The position numbers and the translations under genes are program-made. A model generated the notes under the pieces. That model was given only the letters and a program-made list of their open reading frames with translations, did not search any database and had not been told where the DNA came from. From Catajapyx aquilonaris (Eukaryota), in the NCBI GenBank assembly GCA_000934665.2, contig KZ539041.1, positions 1-64,000 on the forward strand: a stretch of 64,000 bases of DNA, read 5' to 3'. Shown piece after piece: positions 52,433 to 64,000 of the stretch. Each line of letters opens with the position of its first letter. The first letter of the stretch is position 1.

Positions 52433-52605
52433 ATCTGGCTACCTTGCAAACCAATATGGCCGCCAACCTCACTGGGCTCTGTCCATCTCACGAGTTAACT
52501 AGTGCAAAACTACAGCTTGACACATCGAACAGGTCCGTACTGTGCACCGTAGCAAGATGGAGTTTGGCACAACAAGTGCATACACTCATGAAGGTCTAGA
52601 TTAAT
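52433..52605 (+). repeat. Diverged ~170-bp direct repeat, copy 2
   Basis: As for copy 1, with a 1-nt deletion relative to it. Confidence 0.9.
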
Positions 52606-55234
52606 TACATTAATAGAAATAGCTTGTCTTTCATGAGCTGGTTGCATGGTCACAACACTACAGAGCGCAACAGTGACTAATCGACTGTTTCTTTCAGATG
52701 GGCAGCTCTCTACTGAAGGTGGCACCCTGGAGGCAACACTACATCAGGGGTAAGTGCATGACGCAGGAAACGTTCGCGGTCGTATATCTCCAGGCCCCAG
52801 TAACGTCCAGCGCGTATATCCGCACGACTTATCAGACATTTCCCCCTATGAGCCCATAATTTGGAAATGTGTAGACCCACGCCTAAGCTAAACAGGATAT
52901 AAATACAGTAATCTGGACCTCCCAATGACGGTTTGGTAGCTTCGGAATGAACTATGAACTATTATTTGCGGGCACTCACACCTGAAATGAAGGCAGACCA
53001 AAGTACATAAGTGGCAGGGGGAAGAAAAAGTCGCAGTCTGTTACCCCTTTTTTGTGCCAATTAATTTCAGAGAGCGCTTCCTGTTGGAGCCACGATACAA
53101 TCATAATATGTGAGGGCTAATAGTATATGTGTTGGCTCCAAAAGAGGCACGTTATGGGTAAAATACAGCACTTGTCTCGCACCCGTTCATTTCCCTCCCA
53201 CACGCCTTAATCGCCTTGTTAATTCTTGCCTCTTCCCCACCAATTATTGCATGGGGTAGCATTGGCCACTGGGTGTCGTTAATTATACATCCACGGACTG
53301 CTGATTGTACTTTATCATGCAATAAGATTTTTATTATGCAAGTCCAGACCTGTGTGTGGCGGCAGACATTTCGGTAGGATTCGACGGTGTTAATTAGGGG
53401 GCTGCCTCTTCCGTGTCTTGCAACGCCTGTGGACAAAGACACGCGGGGGATTTTGGCGGGAAATGTTACGATGCGACGAACACTAGTTACTGCCACGCAA
53501 CCACCGATACTATACTCCGTACCAATCATGTTCTGCCACCAGTCTTCAGAAAAATGTCAACTGGAAAACAGCCAAAAATGTTTATTATTCGTGATGACAA
53601 CAATGAACTGGGATCAAATATGTAGTAAAAAATTCGAGTCGAAACTGGAATGAAAGATTATAAAATTGAGCCGAAACTATTCAAAATAGTGTACACAGTA
53701 GGTATCATGTAAATTATTTTAACCCAATCGTAAATATTGTTGGTTCGTAAAAATTACGTTGTCAATAGTAAATATTTTGTTAAAAATTCCTACATAAACG
53801 GTATAGGCAACACCAGACCTGCAAGACTTCAGGTCTGGAAAGGGTTAAAAAGCAGGGCAGTTTTTTCCGCCATATTATAATCGAAAGTCGTAAAAAAAAT
53901 TTGGGGTGAGTTATACATAGAGGGTTGTGACGTCAGAAAAAGGTAACCCTTTCGGTACTGTACCCGGAAGGACAAAGACTGATCAGACGAACCAGCTGCA
54001 CTCTAAGGGGGCAAAAGGAGGGTGTAGTGTTGCCAGCCAATTTGCATACTCCCCGCCTAGTCTTATCAGTCGCACAGTGTTGCGAAATTGCATTTTTTGG
54101 CATTATTTTCAATCGAGTTTCAGAAATTCACATAATTTGAGTATTTTCGCACTATATTTGAGCCTAATTTAATTTATGAGTAAATAGTGATTGCCTCTCC
54201 AAAAATTGTTGAAGTAAACATTTCAATCAGAATTTGTTACCTTGAAAAATCGAATTGTTTGAACTAACTTTAGTCAGCAGAACCTATTTATTTTGTGATT
54301 TTACTATTATTTTAGTTGGTTCAACTCAAAATAATTTTAGTGTGATTTTTTTAAAAAAAATCTCGAATATTTTTGAAAGTTATGCGCGATATGACCATGT
54401 TAGGGGTGTTTTCACCAGGAAGTCTAATTACAACCCCTGCATAACCCGCAATTAGTATTCATCGCGCAGTAACACTAATTAACGCCCATATAACTAACAT
54501 CTTGCACCACTTTAGAATCATTAAAACGGTGTTCATGAAACATGAGCAATTGTCATGCTCCTAAAACCTGGGGGAAAAATGAGAGAAAAAGGCGATAGAA
54601 TCTTCATCCCTCCGGAAAGTGAAAAAAAAGAGAAGAAGGGGGTGGAGGAGAAGGGAAGAGGGGAGAGGGGGAAAAAAACTCGGCTCTTAAAGAAGCAGAG
54701 TGGTCTCATTATAAGCGGGCAGCCGCCAATTGAGGCCCCGTTTGCATCTTATTAGGTGCCAAGAAAGAAGGGGGTGGAGGAGAAGGGGAAGGGAAGAGAA
54801 GGGGGGGAGATTATTAGCGTCGTGTTGACACGCAAAATCGCTGTTAAAATTCCGATCTCGGGAAATGACAACGGAAGTTATTTTCGCCTCAATAAGGACA
54901 CTTTGCTGTTTTCGGAAAAGGGATAATTAGGCGAGCTTTAATCGGTTTTCCCCTTTGAGGGATGGAGCATAAATAGACGCGATATATTACAAGCTTTTAA
55001 AGATTTTTTTTGTGTGGAAAAAATGGATGCCATTTTTTTTAAACAATTCGTACCTGTATGTAACCAGTCATTGGAGAAAAACGTATCAGCAGGCAATTTG
55101 TCATGTGAAATATCCACCAATGAGGAGAATTTTCAAGGGGAAAAACGACCAATCAGAATTCAGTTGGGGGGCAGGAAAAGTAACGAAAACTGTGTCCACC
55201 TGGCTGTTTTTTTATTGGGAGGGGGGGGGGGGGA

Positions 55235-55343
55235 NNNNNNNNNNNNNNNNNNNNNNNNNNNNNNNNNNNNNNNNNNNNNNNNNNNNNNNNNNNNNNNNNN
55301 NNNNNNNNNNNNNNNNNNNNNNNNNNNNNNNNNNNNNNNNNNN
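55235..55343. other. Assembly gap (N run)
   Basis: N run following poly-G. Confidence 0.99.
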
Positions 55344-58300
55344 GCACTAATCTCCATGTGTTATGCGCGTAAGAGGGGGGGGGGGGAGGGATGTTCTTTT
55401 CTTTAGGGTGGATAAAAAAGGTGAATAATGCAGGTGATGCTTGCTTAAGTGTTGCCAGATGCGAAGGGTTTCATGACCTGACAGGTAAACTTGTAGGTGT
55501 GATCTAGCAGTTTTATGCTCAGTCCAATATAATTTTATATTATATTATATTGGCGCAGGGCCTTTATAGTCTGGTCAACGTAACTCTGACACCGTCCAAT
55601 ATTATGTTATTTTAATGGCTATTTGTCCCTTAATCCACTTAATCCGCCACGGTCCTAAATATTAAAGGATTTTCGTTGTTCACTAGCTGTCGATTTATTT
55701 GAAAATAATTTTTTTTGACTGTTCTAAACTAATTTTTAGGCTACTTTTTGAATAGTGCTGACTATAGGACTGTGCCTCTGCGCCATCTTTTGCCATGATC
55801 TGAAATGGCCGACTGAAGAGCGATTCGCAGGCGCGCTTTAGCCTCCACCCAAAATATCAATAATGGATGAGACCCCTGTGGGACAGGTGGAGGGGGAATA
55901 AGAAGGACGTCACTCTCTTCTTCATCCTACTTTTCTATTTCCCTATTCCACCCAACCTCCCCCTTTTTTCTGCTGAGTGAGGCTAGGAAAAAAAAAAAAA
56001 GTCTCAATAGAAATTGGCCATATCCCCCTCCTCTTCTGGCTCTTCCTTCTTCTTCTTCTTCGTCTTCTTCTTCTTCCCCCTATGCATCCAATTGCTAGGG
56101 CTTGGTGGCGAATTGCGCCGATTGGAACCTTGGCAGGCAAAATCCGCCCACCCCTATCCCTCAGGGTAAGGGGAAGTTCGCCTACTGGGACTTGCGACCC
56201 AGGCTAATTAATTGGANCCCCCCCCATTTGCTTGATGGGAACAGCTTTTTTTTGTGCCATGGTCTTCTCTTTTTCTGTCTTTCTTCTATCTCTTCTTGAT
56301 CGGTACAATGGTTATCTAAATAATGAGACTCTCTTTTTAACGAATGTTCTTTTTTTTTTAGGAGGGCCAGGTTGCAAAGAAGGTGGAGTTTTGGGGGCTT
56401 GGATTTTGGGGAAAGCGAAAAAGAGGATAAAGGGACTCTTTAGTCCGAGTAGATTCGTAAAGTGGCTTCAAAGGGACACTTGTGTCTGTGCCTTTTCTTC
56501 AGAGAGGAAGAAAGAGGCTTTGGGGTGTTAAGGTAGAACTTTTAATAGGAGGAATTTCTGATTTGTGTTGCTACGTATAGTGGGGGGCTGTTCTTTACTA
56601 CACGACGAAGTTTAAAATTGCCAATACAACACATTGTCATCAAATATTAAGTGACGAACTAGAACCAAAAAGTTCGCACATATCTGAATGGCTTATAAGC
56701 CATCTTCCAGCGTATAGTTCTCTTCCCCTCCCGCCAAATCGTTGTTGAACCCTTAACGACGCCAACTTCAATTGAGTGAATGATAAAAACCCAGAAGTGT
56801 TGCTAGCATCATCATCATCAAAGTTCCGGCGCACTCCGGGTGGCGGCGTTGTCAATTCTACCTCCCCCCCTTCCCCGATCCAACCCCCCCCCCCCTCCCA
56901 GCTTTAAGAAGAGGAATATCGTTTTCCGATTCCTTAATATCAAAATCGATTATGACCAAGCTGGAATGCATTCTGACTGCCTCCTCCTAGGCCCCCACCG
57001 CCATCCTTCTTCTCTTCCTGCCACCTACCTCAGGGAACACAAGAGGATGGTGGATAGGGGGGGTTGAAGAAGGAGGGGGGAGGCGGGAAAAAGAGAAAAA
57101 TCCTGCCTCCCAAAGGCTGAGCCTGATGCATGTAAGTCTAATCGAGGCTCGTATATCACCAGTGGAAGCTGCTAGGAGCACATTTTTTTTTTTTTTTTTG
57201 CCTTCCTTCTTCTGCACCTCATTGATGGCCCCAAATTGGTTGCTCTTTCATGCAGACCGGTATACCGGTACAACGCGAGTCATACCAACATGGCCGACCC
57301 AGCTTATTGATTCTGTCAATCAAACTGCATTTTTTTTAAATATTCCTGACATCCCGTCTGTCATTAGCACGCTATTGTTTACGTAAGGTGGCACCATACT
57401 CAAACATATCGGTACATCATAACAGTATCGTGTACGGTATTGGAGGGAAAAATAGGGTAAGGAGCGCCGCGTTGTGGCGAAAAAGTCAACCTCCTGGATG
57501 AAGCCGGCATGGGGCTGCCATCTGGCGACTGAGACGCCAAGTTTAGAGGGCGAATCGATGCGGACGATTCGTAAGGAATTAAAGGCATAATTGGCGCGGA
57601 GATTTGCTGAGTTGAATACCAATTATTTGAGGAGGGGGAGTTGAAAAAAAAAAATTGCATTGACTGGCAACTTATTAATTCTTGGCCAGGGCTAACCTTC
57701 CGTGTAATTGTATATCCTTTTGGACACGTCGAGTGCTGCCAAGGACAAAGTCATTACTGTCACTTAGGTGGGTATTGCTGCGGCTATTAAATGAATGAAG
57801 CGCGCCTAGGTCTGCTATATGACCTGGCTGTAATGAAGAAGGCCAAGTTTTGGTACAGGGCATTAGTTGCATTTGATAATTGTTGTGGAGGACAGCAATT
57901 TGTCATTACATAGACAACGTTTTTTAAAATCCTTCAAAATACACTGAGAACTACCATCGTTGACTTGTTATTTTGTAAATTTTGTATAACTGTACTTACA
58001 TTTACTTTGTACAATGTTTATTTCATGTTTTATTACACTCGGCAGAGTAATAGCTTCATAATGTCTCTATTCATACAGTTTTCGACATAGGATCCTTGTC
58101 AGTCTTTGAGTTTTGCAATACTGTACAGTACAGTGGCATAGGGTTAGTGCCTTTGAATGATTGTGTAGAAGCCGCGAGGGACTTAATATATTGTTAAAAG
58201 GAGGAGTATCGTTCAAGTGTATTGATGAGGACAATAGCACATTCAGTAAGAGTTCTTTATTAGCTTTATACTTACAGTGAGCTGTAAAATTGCAACATTA

Positions 58301-61300
58301 AATACCTTCATGATGTAACTGAAAGCTACAGTACTGTATAGCAATTCTGCTATAGTAACACTCAATATCAAATAGCATTGTACTACAGTACAGGTCTACT
58401 TTATAGCATTTCCCTATATTTCAGTCTAATGAACAGGTATGAAGTACAAATTAGGCGCTAAATTTTTAGTACAGCATACCAGTAACTATTCCACTCTATT
58501 ACAACATGAAATATTATCAATTTAAAGGTTTTAAAAATGTTTTAAAAAGGTCAATTTAAAGGCTAAATAAAAATTATCAATTTGTGATATAGCTAAATAT
58601 AATATCCATTACCCAATTTTTAACTTGCTTAAAAAAATCTATAAATGTGTCCAGCACAAGATTAATATTATAGACAAATGACACCCCTTTCAAAAAACCA
58701 CTGAAACTACGTGTCTCCGATGATCAAGGTGGCAAAAACGCATTGTTGCCGCAGTCTTTCGGCGAGCACCATGCATAACAACTCCAGTAAAACTGAATTC
58801 AAATGAACTCACGTTGCTCCAGATCGATGCCATGGCCGTGGGAAACAATGCATGACAGGCGCATGTAAAAAGTGCTGCAACTTTGCTACCTACCTTGTAT
58901 AACACTGAAACTTGACAGGCGGTTGAAGAGGAGACATGCATGTGTGTGCAAGAGATAGGTTTCGTTGTTTCACCTAAATATAAGGCAGCTGTTTAGAAAA
59001 TGGTCACACCTAACATACATTTTTTTTCTGCATTACAGAATTACGACCTTCAAATAGCAGGACGAGCCATAAATTGGTAAGTAGGCCATTGTTTTGTTAG
59101 AAAACACCCCCTTGTCGCATGTAATTTTTTTGTGCCATGATACTGCATACATAGATCAGTATAAGTCCAACGTTGGATTTATGGCTTGGTCTCTAGCGAC
59201 TCCGTAAAGTACAGCCCAGCTCTTGGAGCTGTCAGGATCTGGACAGATTCAATCGACAGTAATTGCAAGGTTAATCCATGTAAATGGCGGCAACGATACA
59301 CAAACGGACAGTGTGCTTGCTTCGACCAAACCTGATCTGGGTTTTCAGATTCTACTGAAGTGCGTGCAGAAACATTTATGTGGTCGCACGTTGATTTGGG
59401 CGGGAAAACATGCGTAGTTCGGGTTGATGCTGGCAGATGGCGGCTTGATCGTTATGTAATGTTAATGCCAAGTGTGGTCAATTGGGCAGTATTTTGAATC
59501 GAATTTTTGATTGCACGTAACTTTGAACAATGAGGAGCTTTTGTCACAAGGTTTTTGTGGTACATTTGACAGGCTTCACGGCAATAGCTGACAATGGTTG
59601 CAAGGTGTGTTCTGCTGGATTGCATTGCATGTTTTCTAGTCAGCACAGTCTAGATATCTCCTTCTTAAAAATGCGTAACGTGCAATGTAACATGCAGTTA
59701 TATATGTCATTTTGTAAAGCTTGAATAAACATCCTCGGCCTTCAGTTTCTGGATGTACAGGTGCAAAGCATACGATTTATGTGCATTAATAACCCTCTCC
59801 AGGGACGTCCTTTTATATGCTGCAGTAATAAATCGGCAGCAAACAATGACAGGGTGTAATCTGAATTAATTATTGAAGGGAATCATCCAAAGTTATGTGA
59901 CATATCCCTTTTAAAACGGCCGTAATTGATAATAACTAGGTCTTGCAGCAGGTTTCTTAACACATTGTTCCACATTTTTACGGCCATATAACTTACATTT
60001 GCATATATAATGAGCCCAATTGTTTTAACCCAACGTGAACCCCCCCCCCCCTCCCGATATATTGTTCACTGTTCACAGTATGCAAATAAGCACCACAGCA
60101 GATGCAACCATAAAATTGAAATAAAACCTAACGATCGCATGGTACCAGCATATTGGAACCATTTGTTCCCCTTAGCAACTTTATTACCTTACTTGTTAAT
60201 TAGGACAGTTGCCTAATTCTCCCCAGGCACTTTTCTCCCCTGCGGAAATCACATTATTTTTGGGGACTGGCCCAAGTTCAGGGAGGTTAAATTTTTTTTA
60301 TTATTGCCTTTTTCCCACTGTTGAAATCAGATATTCCTTCAAAAAACATCTAATGGCCCACCAGCCCGGAAACCCATAAAACCAAACATTGATTGCATAA
60401 CTAATCTTCCGATACTAACGAACTGATGTCTCTATTTCGGAAGGCATCTTATTGACATCAGGACGTGTTATTTCACGTCTGAGAAAAGATCTCATCGTGA
60501 TAGGTCAGGTTATTGCACTTGGCACACCCCAACCCCCCACCCTCTAGTGTTAATCGGTATAAATAGTACGTTAATTTCATAAAATTTACCCATTTGTAAT
60601 TTGACCACGTTTCTTTGGCACCCACACATGGGGAAAAAGCTGCCCACACTCTAATGAATTTTAATGCCAAGAAGTGTCAACGACTCCGGTACATTACACC
60701 TTACCTCCGGACATACCCTCTGTACAGATGCGATTTTAACATCAAAACTTAAGCCACCACTCTATACACTGGGAAATATATGGCCACAGAATTGGTTAAT
60801 AATTCGTTCGGGATTTTGGGACACTTCTAGCATATTGTGCCACCTCAGTTTCGTAGTAGTCTGAAAGTGTGTTAGGTGGCCCGGAAATGCTCACAAAACT
60901 ATATTGAGAAATAAAATCATTCATATTGCATTCACATTGTAGTTAATAGTTGTATGCTGGGCTCACCTGCAGTTGACCATCCAGTCATAGATGCGATATG
61001 TGGCAAGACGACCCCAACCCCTTGAACTGTTCCCCTCCCCTCTAATTAGGCGGTGCTATCGCCTTGTCGCTTGGTTTATTACTTTAAAAAAGGTCGTTAT
61101 CTAGCATCAGGGGACATCCGGTCCTTTGGCGTGCCAAAGAAGACACCGTTTCACTTCCTTTCTCCCTCCTTCAAAAGAGTCCATTTTCAAATGACCACCA
61201 TCTTGTATGAACATGGCGGCCCCCGTTGCGTGACCGGGTGGCCAGATCCAGGTCCGGAATGACCCCCACACTTTATGACATCCCAAATTGAATTCACCCC

Positions 61301-62092
61301 CGCCAAAAGTTTTGAGGAGAACGGAAGTGGTGGACACCTGCGGAGTGAAAATTGGAGCCCTCAACAAACTGTTTCTACCTTGTACGCCCATCCCTATATT
61401 ATTTGTGTGAGGAAAGGAGGAGATGGTGTGGGGAGGGGCGAACTGCGCGAGGTGCATTCTAATCGCCGTTTCTGGGAGTGTCAGCTGCATTCCACAACCT
61501 GAGGGAGAAAGTTCCGGTAACCTAACTGTCAGGAGACATTTCCTGCGCAGGTGATTTTATTGCAGAATCGAAAGATGGCAGCACCTGACACTCAGTTCCG
61601 GTTTAGCTTTCTATAAGTTTTTACCTGAGAGCCACATGCTACTAGGACAGATGGCCTAGGTCATAAATCAGAAGAATATCGAGGGTGTTAGGAGGAGCAG
61701 GATTTGAGAAAAACCGTAAGGACGGAAATCATTGCCCTCTAGAGAATCTTATCCTAGAATATCTAAATTGGAAGCGGACTCGGTGGGGGTTGGAACCTCA
61801 TTTGAGGTGGGAGACAATATGTTGAAACAATTCCGTCATTAACCCTTTCAGTTCCCTCTGAGTGACACTTAATTGTTGGCCTGCCTAATTTACCTTGTTG
61901 GTTTTAATTTGTTCACCGTGGGACGATAAGGGGGGAGTTTGGGCTATAAATTAGGGTCCTGGGTGGCGTTTGGGAAAGGCTGCATAAGTCATCCCCTAAA
62001 CGCAGATAATCGCCTCTAGGATTGGGATGATTTAGGGTCAACCTCCCCCTTGCCAACGTCCCTTTTCGCTTCAAAATTTTTATGGCTACAAA

Positions 62093-62114
62093 ATGGCAAT
62101 GACGTCATTGCCAT
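62093..62114. promoter_or_regulatory. Perfect 22-bp palindrome centred on a CRE (atggcaaTGACGTCAttgccat)
   Basis: Exactly self-complementary; core TGACGTCA flanked by ATGGC/GCCAT. Confidence 0.55.
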
Positions 62115-63030
62115 ATCTACCCATCGCTAATTTGGAACTTACCTTGTTAATGAAAGAAAAAAAAATCGGTTTTCCAAACTTGGCCGGTTTAATTGACCGG
62201 CACTAGCGAATAGCGTGTTTTGACTTGCAAAAAGAACAGAGGATGCATTTCAGCGGCTTCTAAACGGCAAAACACAATTTGGAAAGGACTGGAATGTTCT
62301 CCAACGGGTTTTGCAAGCACTTTGGAGAGGACTTACGCCCAACTGATAGACTACGTATCATTCGCAGGGATTCAGGTATTGCCTTGCAAAATAAGTTGTT
62401 TTTTTCTACAATGAAAAGGGTGATGAACTTAGGATACCGGGTATTCTACAGAAAAAGGAGCTACTGGTATAAGGACACATTGCGGAAGAATAAGGCTGAG
62501 GTATTAGGAAAAAATGGGCGGTCTGCCTCTATGGCGTGTTGAGCGACGTTCTCATCTGGTGGTGCCGCGTTTATTATTGTGCCCATAAAAGTGTTTCCCG
62601 CAATATAAACTAACCACTTTAGGTCAAAGAGCACGCCCCTAAGGCCACATCACCTGCTGAGAATTTTATTAATGGAAATACGTACTAACAAATTGTACAT
62701 AACTTTTGCAATGAAAGCAACTCCCAGTGTCCCCAGTCGCAAAATGTACGGTTTAATTTTTAAATAATATGGCCACGCCCAATTAAGATAATTCATCTCT
62801 ACTGCATAGTATGATAATGAGTTCTATTTTTTCTGTCAAATAATTCCCTCGGAGCGATTATGTATTTCATTTTACGTACATAAAAAACGTTGTGCACTTC
62901 AACAGCATGAAATATCGTCGCAGTGGAGAGATAAATGTTTCTCACATTACGTCAGCTAACCTCAAACATTTTAATTAAAGTATTTGTTTCGGGTGACTAG
63001 GAACGTTGTTGCAATAATAATTCATCATTA

Positions 63031-63086
63031 CATTACACAGTTGTTGCCACGCTAATGAATACCAGTCTCGCATTACACAGTTGTTG
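63031..63086. repeat. 16-bp direct repeat (cattacacagttgttg) at 40-bp spacing
   Basis: Identical copies at 63031-63046 and 63071-63086. Confidence 0.85.
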
Positions 63087-63578
63087 TAATAATATTTTCC
63101 TAATTAGAAAAATATGCAGGACATGAGTCCGCTACACGCGAGGGGTTACATTAGCATACAAACAAGGACGGCAAAGCTCACTAAAAGTTGCACGACCCTG
63201 CTGAGGTCAAGAATAAATACCGTACTATAAAAAAGCGGGTAAACAACAACAACAACAAAACAATAACATCGGCGATAGCAGAGCGCACGTATCAAGATTG
63301 ACGGTCGAGGCTCCCTAATAAAAAGCTACTCACGATCCCAGATTATGCACAGCACTGTCCCAGCACCCAGGCCCCGTGATAAAGAAGGAGGTGTTGGCAG
63401 CCTCCGTAAATCTTCGGCAGGGGGGAATGGGGGGGAAAGGGTGGGGAGACCTGACAGGGGAGAAAGGGGGAAGAGGGGTGTTCTAGTGATTCTCAACTCC
63501 GATACTTTCCATCCAAGTCGCCATATAATAGATAGGAAGTAGACTAGTTTAGAGTGTGATTAATTTAGCATTGAATGT

Positions 63579-63594
63579 TTCAAAATTGGCGCCC
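63579..63594 (-). promoter_or_regulatory. CDE-CHR-like element
   Basis: Minus strand gggcgc-caat-TTTGAA: GC box, 4-nt spacer, CHR consensus. Confidence 0.3.
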
Positions 63595-64000
63595 AAAATA
63601 ACCCACAATGAATTGAAGAAGATGCCATTATCTTCACCTGTCCCCGTCTTGAACCGACTTGGACCACCATGTACATGCAGCAAAATATAAGCGTCAATAT
63701 TTAAACACAACTTGTATCATCTATAATAGTTATTATTAATGTAAAGTAGGATTGCGTGTGGAATCTGCGCATGACTTCCGCTTTTATATATATATATATA
63801 CCCACAGTGTGCAATATACACATTTTAACGCTGAAACACATATAAATTGTAGTAAATGCACTTAGCCAACTGCAGTTCTGGCAACCAGGAAAGAAAAATA
63901 ATCAGGAAAGACTGTTAATCAGCACACATTCCACTGAGTTAACAACTTTTGTCCAGGCAAAGTGTGTAACTAACGCTGGAAATTGCCAGTCCAAAGTAGG

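Noticed and set aside
53719..53848. piggyBac-like MITE (TTAA-CCC...GGG-TTAA)
   Set aside because: The inverted match does not extend beyond CCC/GGG, so no real TIR pair can be shown.
59313..59340. U6 snRNA-like start (gtgcttgcttcg)
   Set aside because: Similarity stops after 12 nt; no ACAGAGA box or downstream U6 sequence.
60511..60530. miR-92-like seed (tattgcacttg); also miR-31-like ttggcatagctg near 15723
   Set aside because: Partial matches only and no surrounding hairpin.

Overview
Eukaryotic, almost certainly animal, nuclear DNA: it carries a tRNA-derived SINE with a V-type core, Tc1/mariner-, pogo- and hAT-type MITEs, and GT-AG splice signals. I found no prokaryotic genes, CRISPR arrays, rRNA or intact tRNA, and none of the listed six-frame ORFs is a protein I recognise. 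The window alternates between AT-rich stretches (most MITEs, TACAGTA/TAGGCCTA footprint-like motifs) and GC/CpG-richer islands full of G, C, A and T homopolymers, promoter-type motifs (CCAAT, CRE, E-box, CDE-CHR, YY1-like) and closely spaced splice-like signals. Well supported: several fold-back MITEs, two nested insertions with intact target-site duplications, mini/microsatellites, a diverged ~170-bp duplication and a symmetric, bidirectional-looking promoter at ~49.4-49.5 kb. Tentative: several small multi-exon genes with no recognisable homologue, two of which (8.9-9.3 kb and 22.0-22.6 kb) appear to share a motif and an intron position. All gene models were spliced by eye and need RNA-seq. 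I cannot demonstrate a new biological system from the sequence alone.
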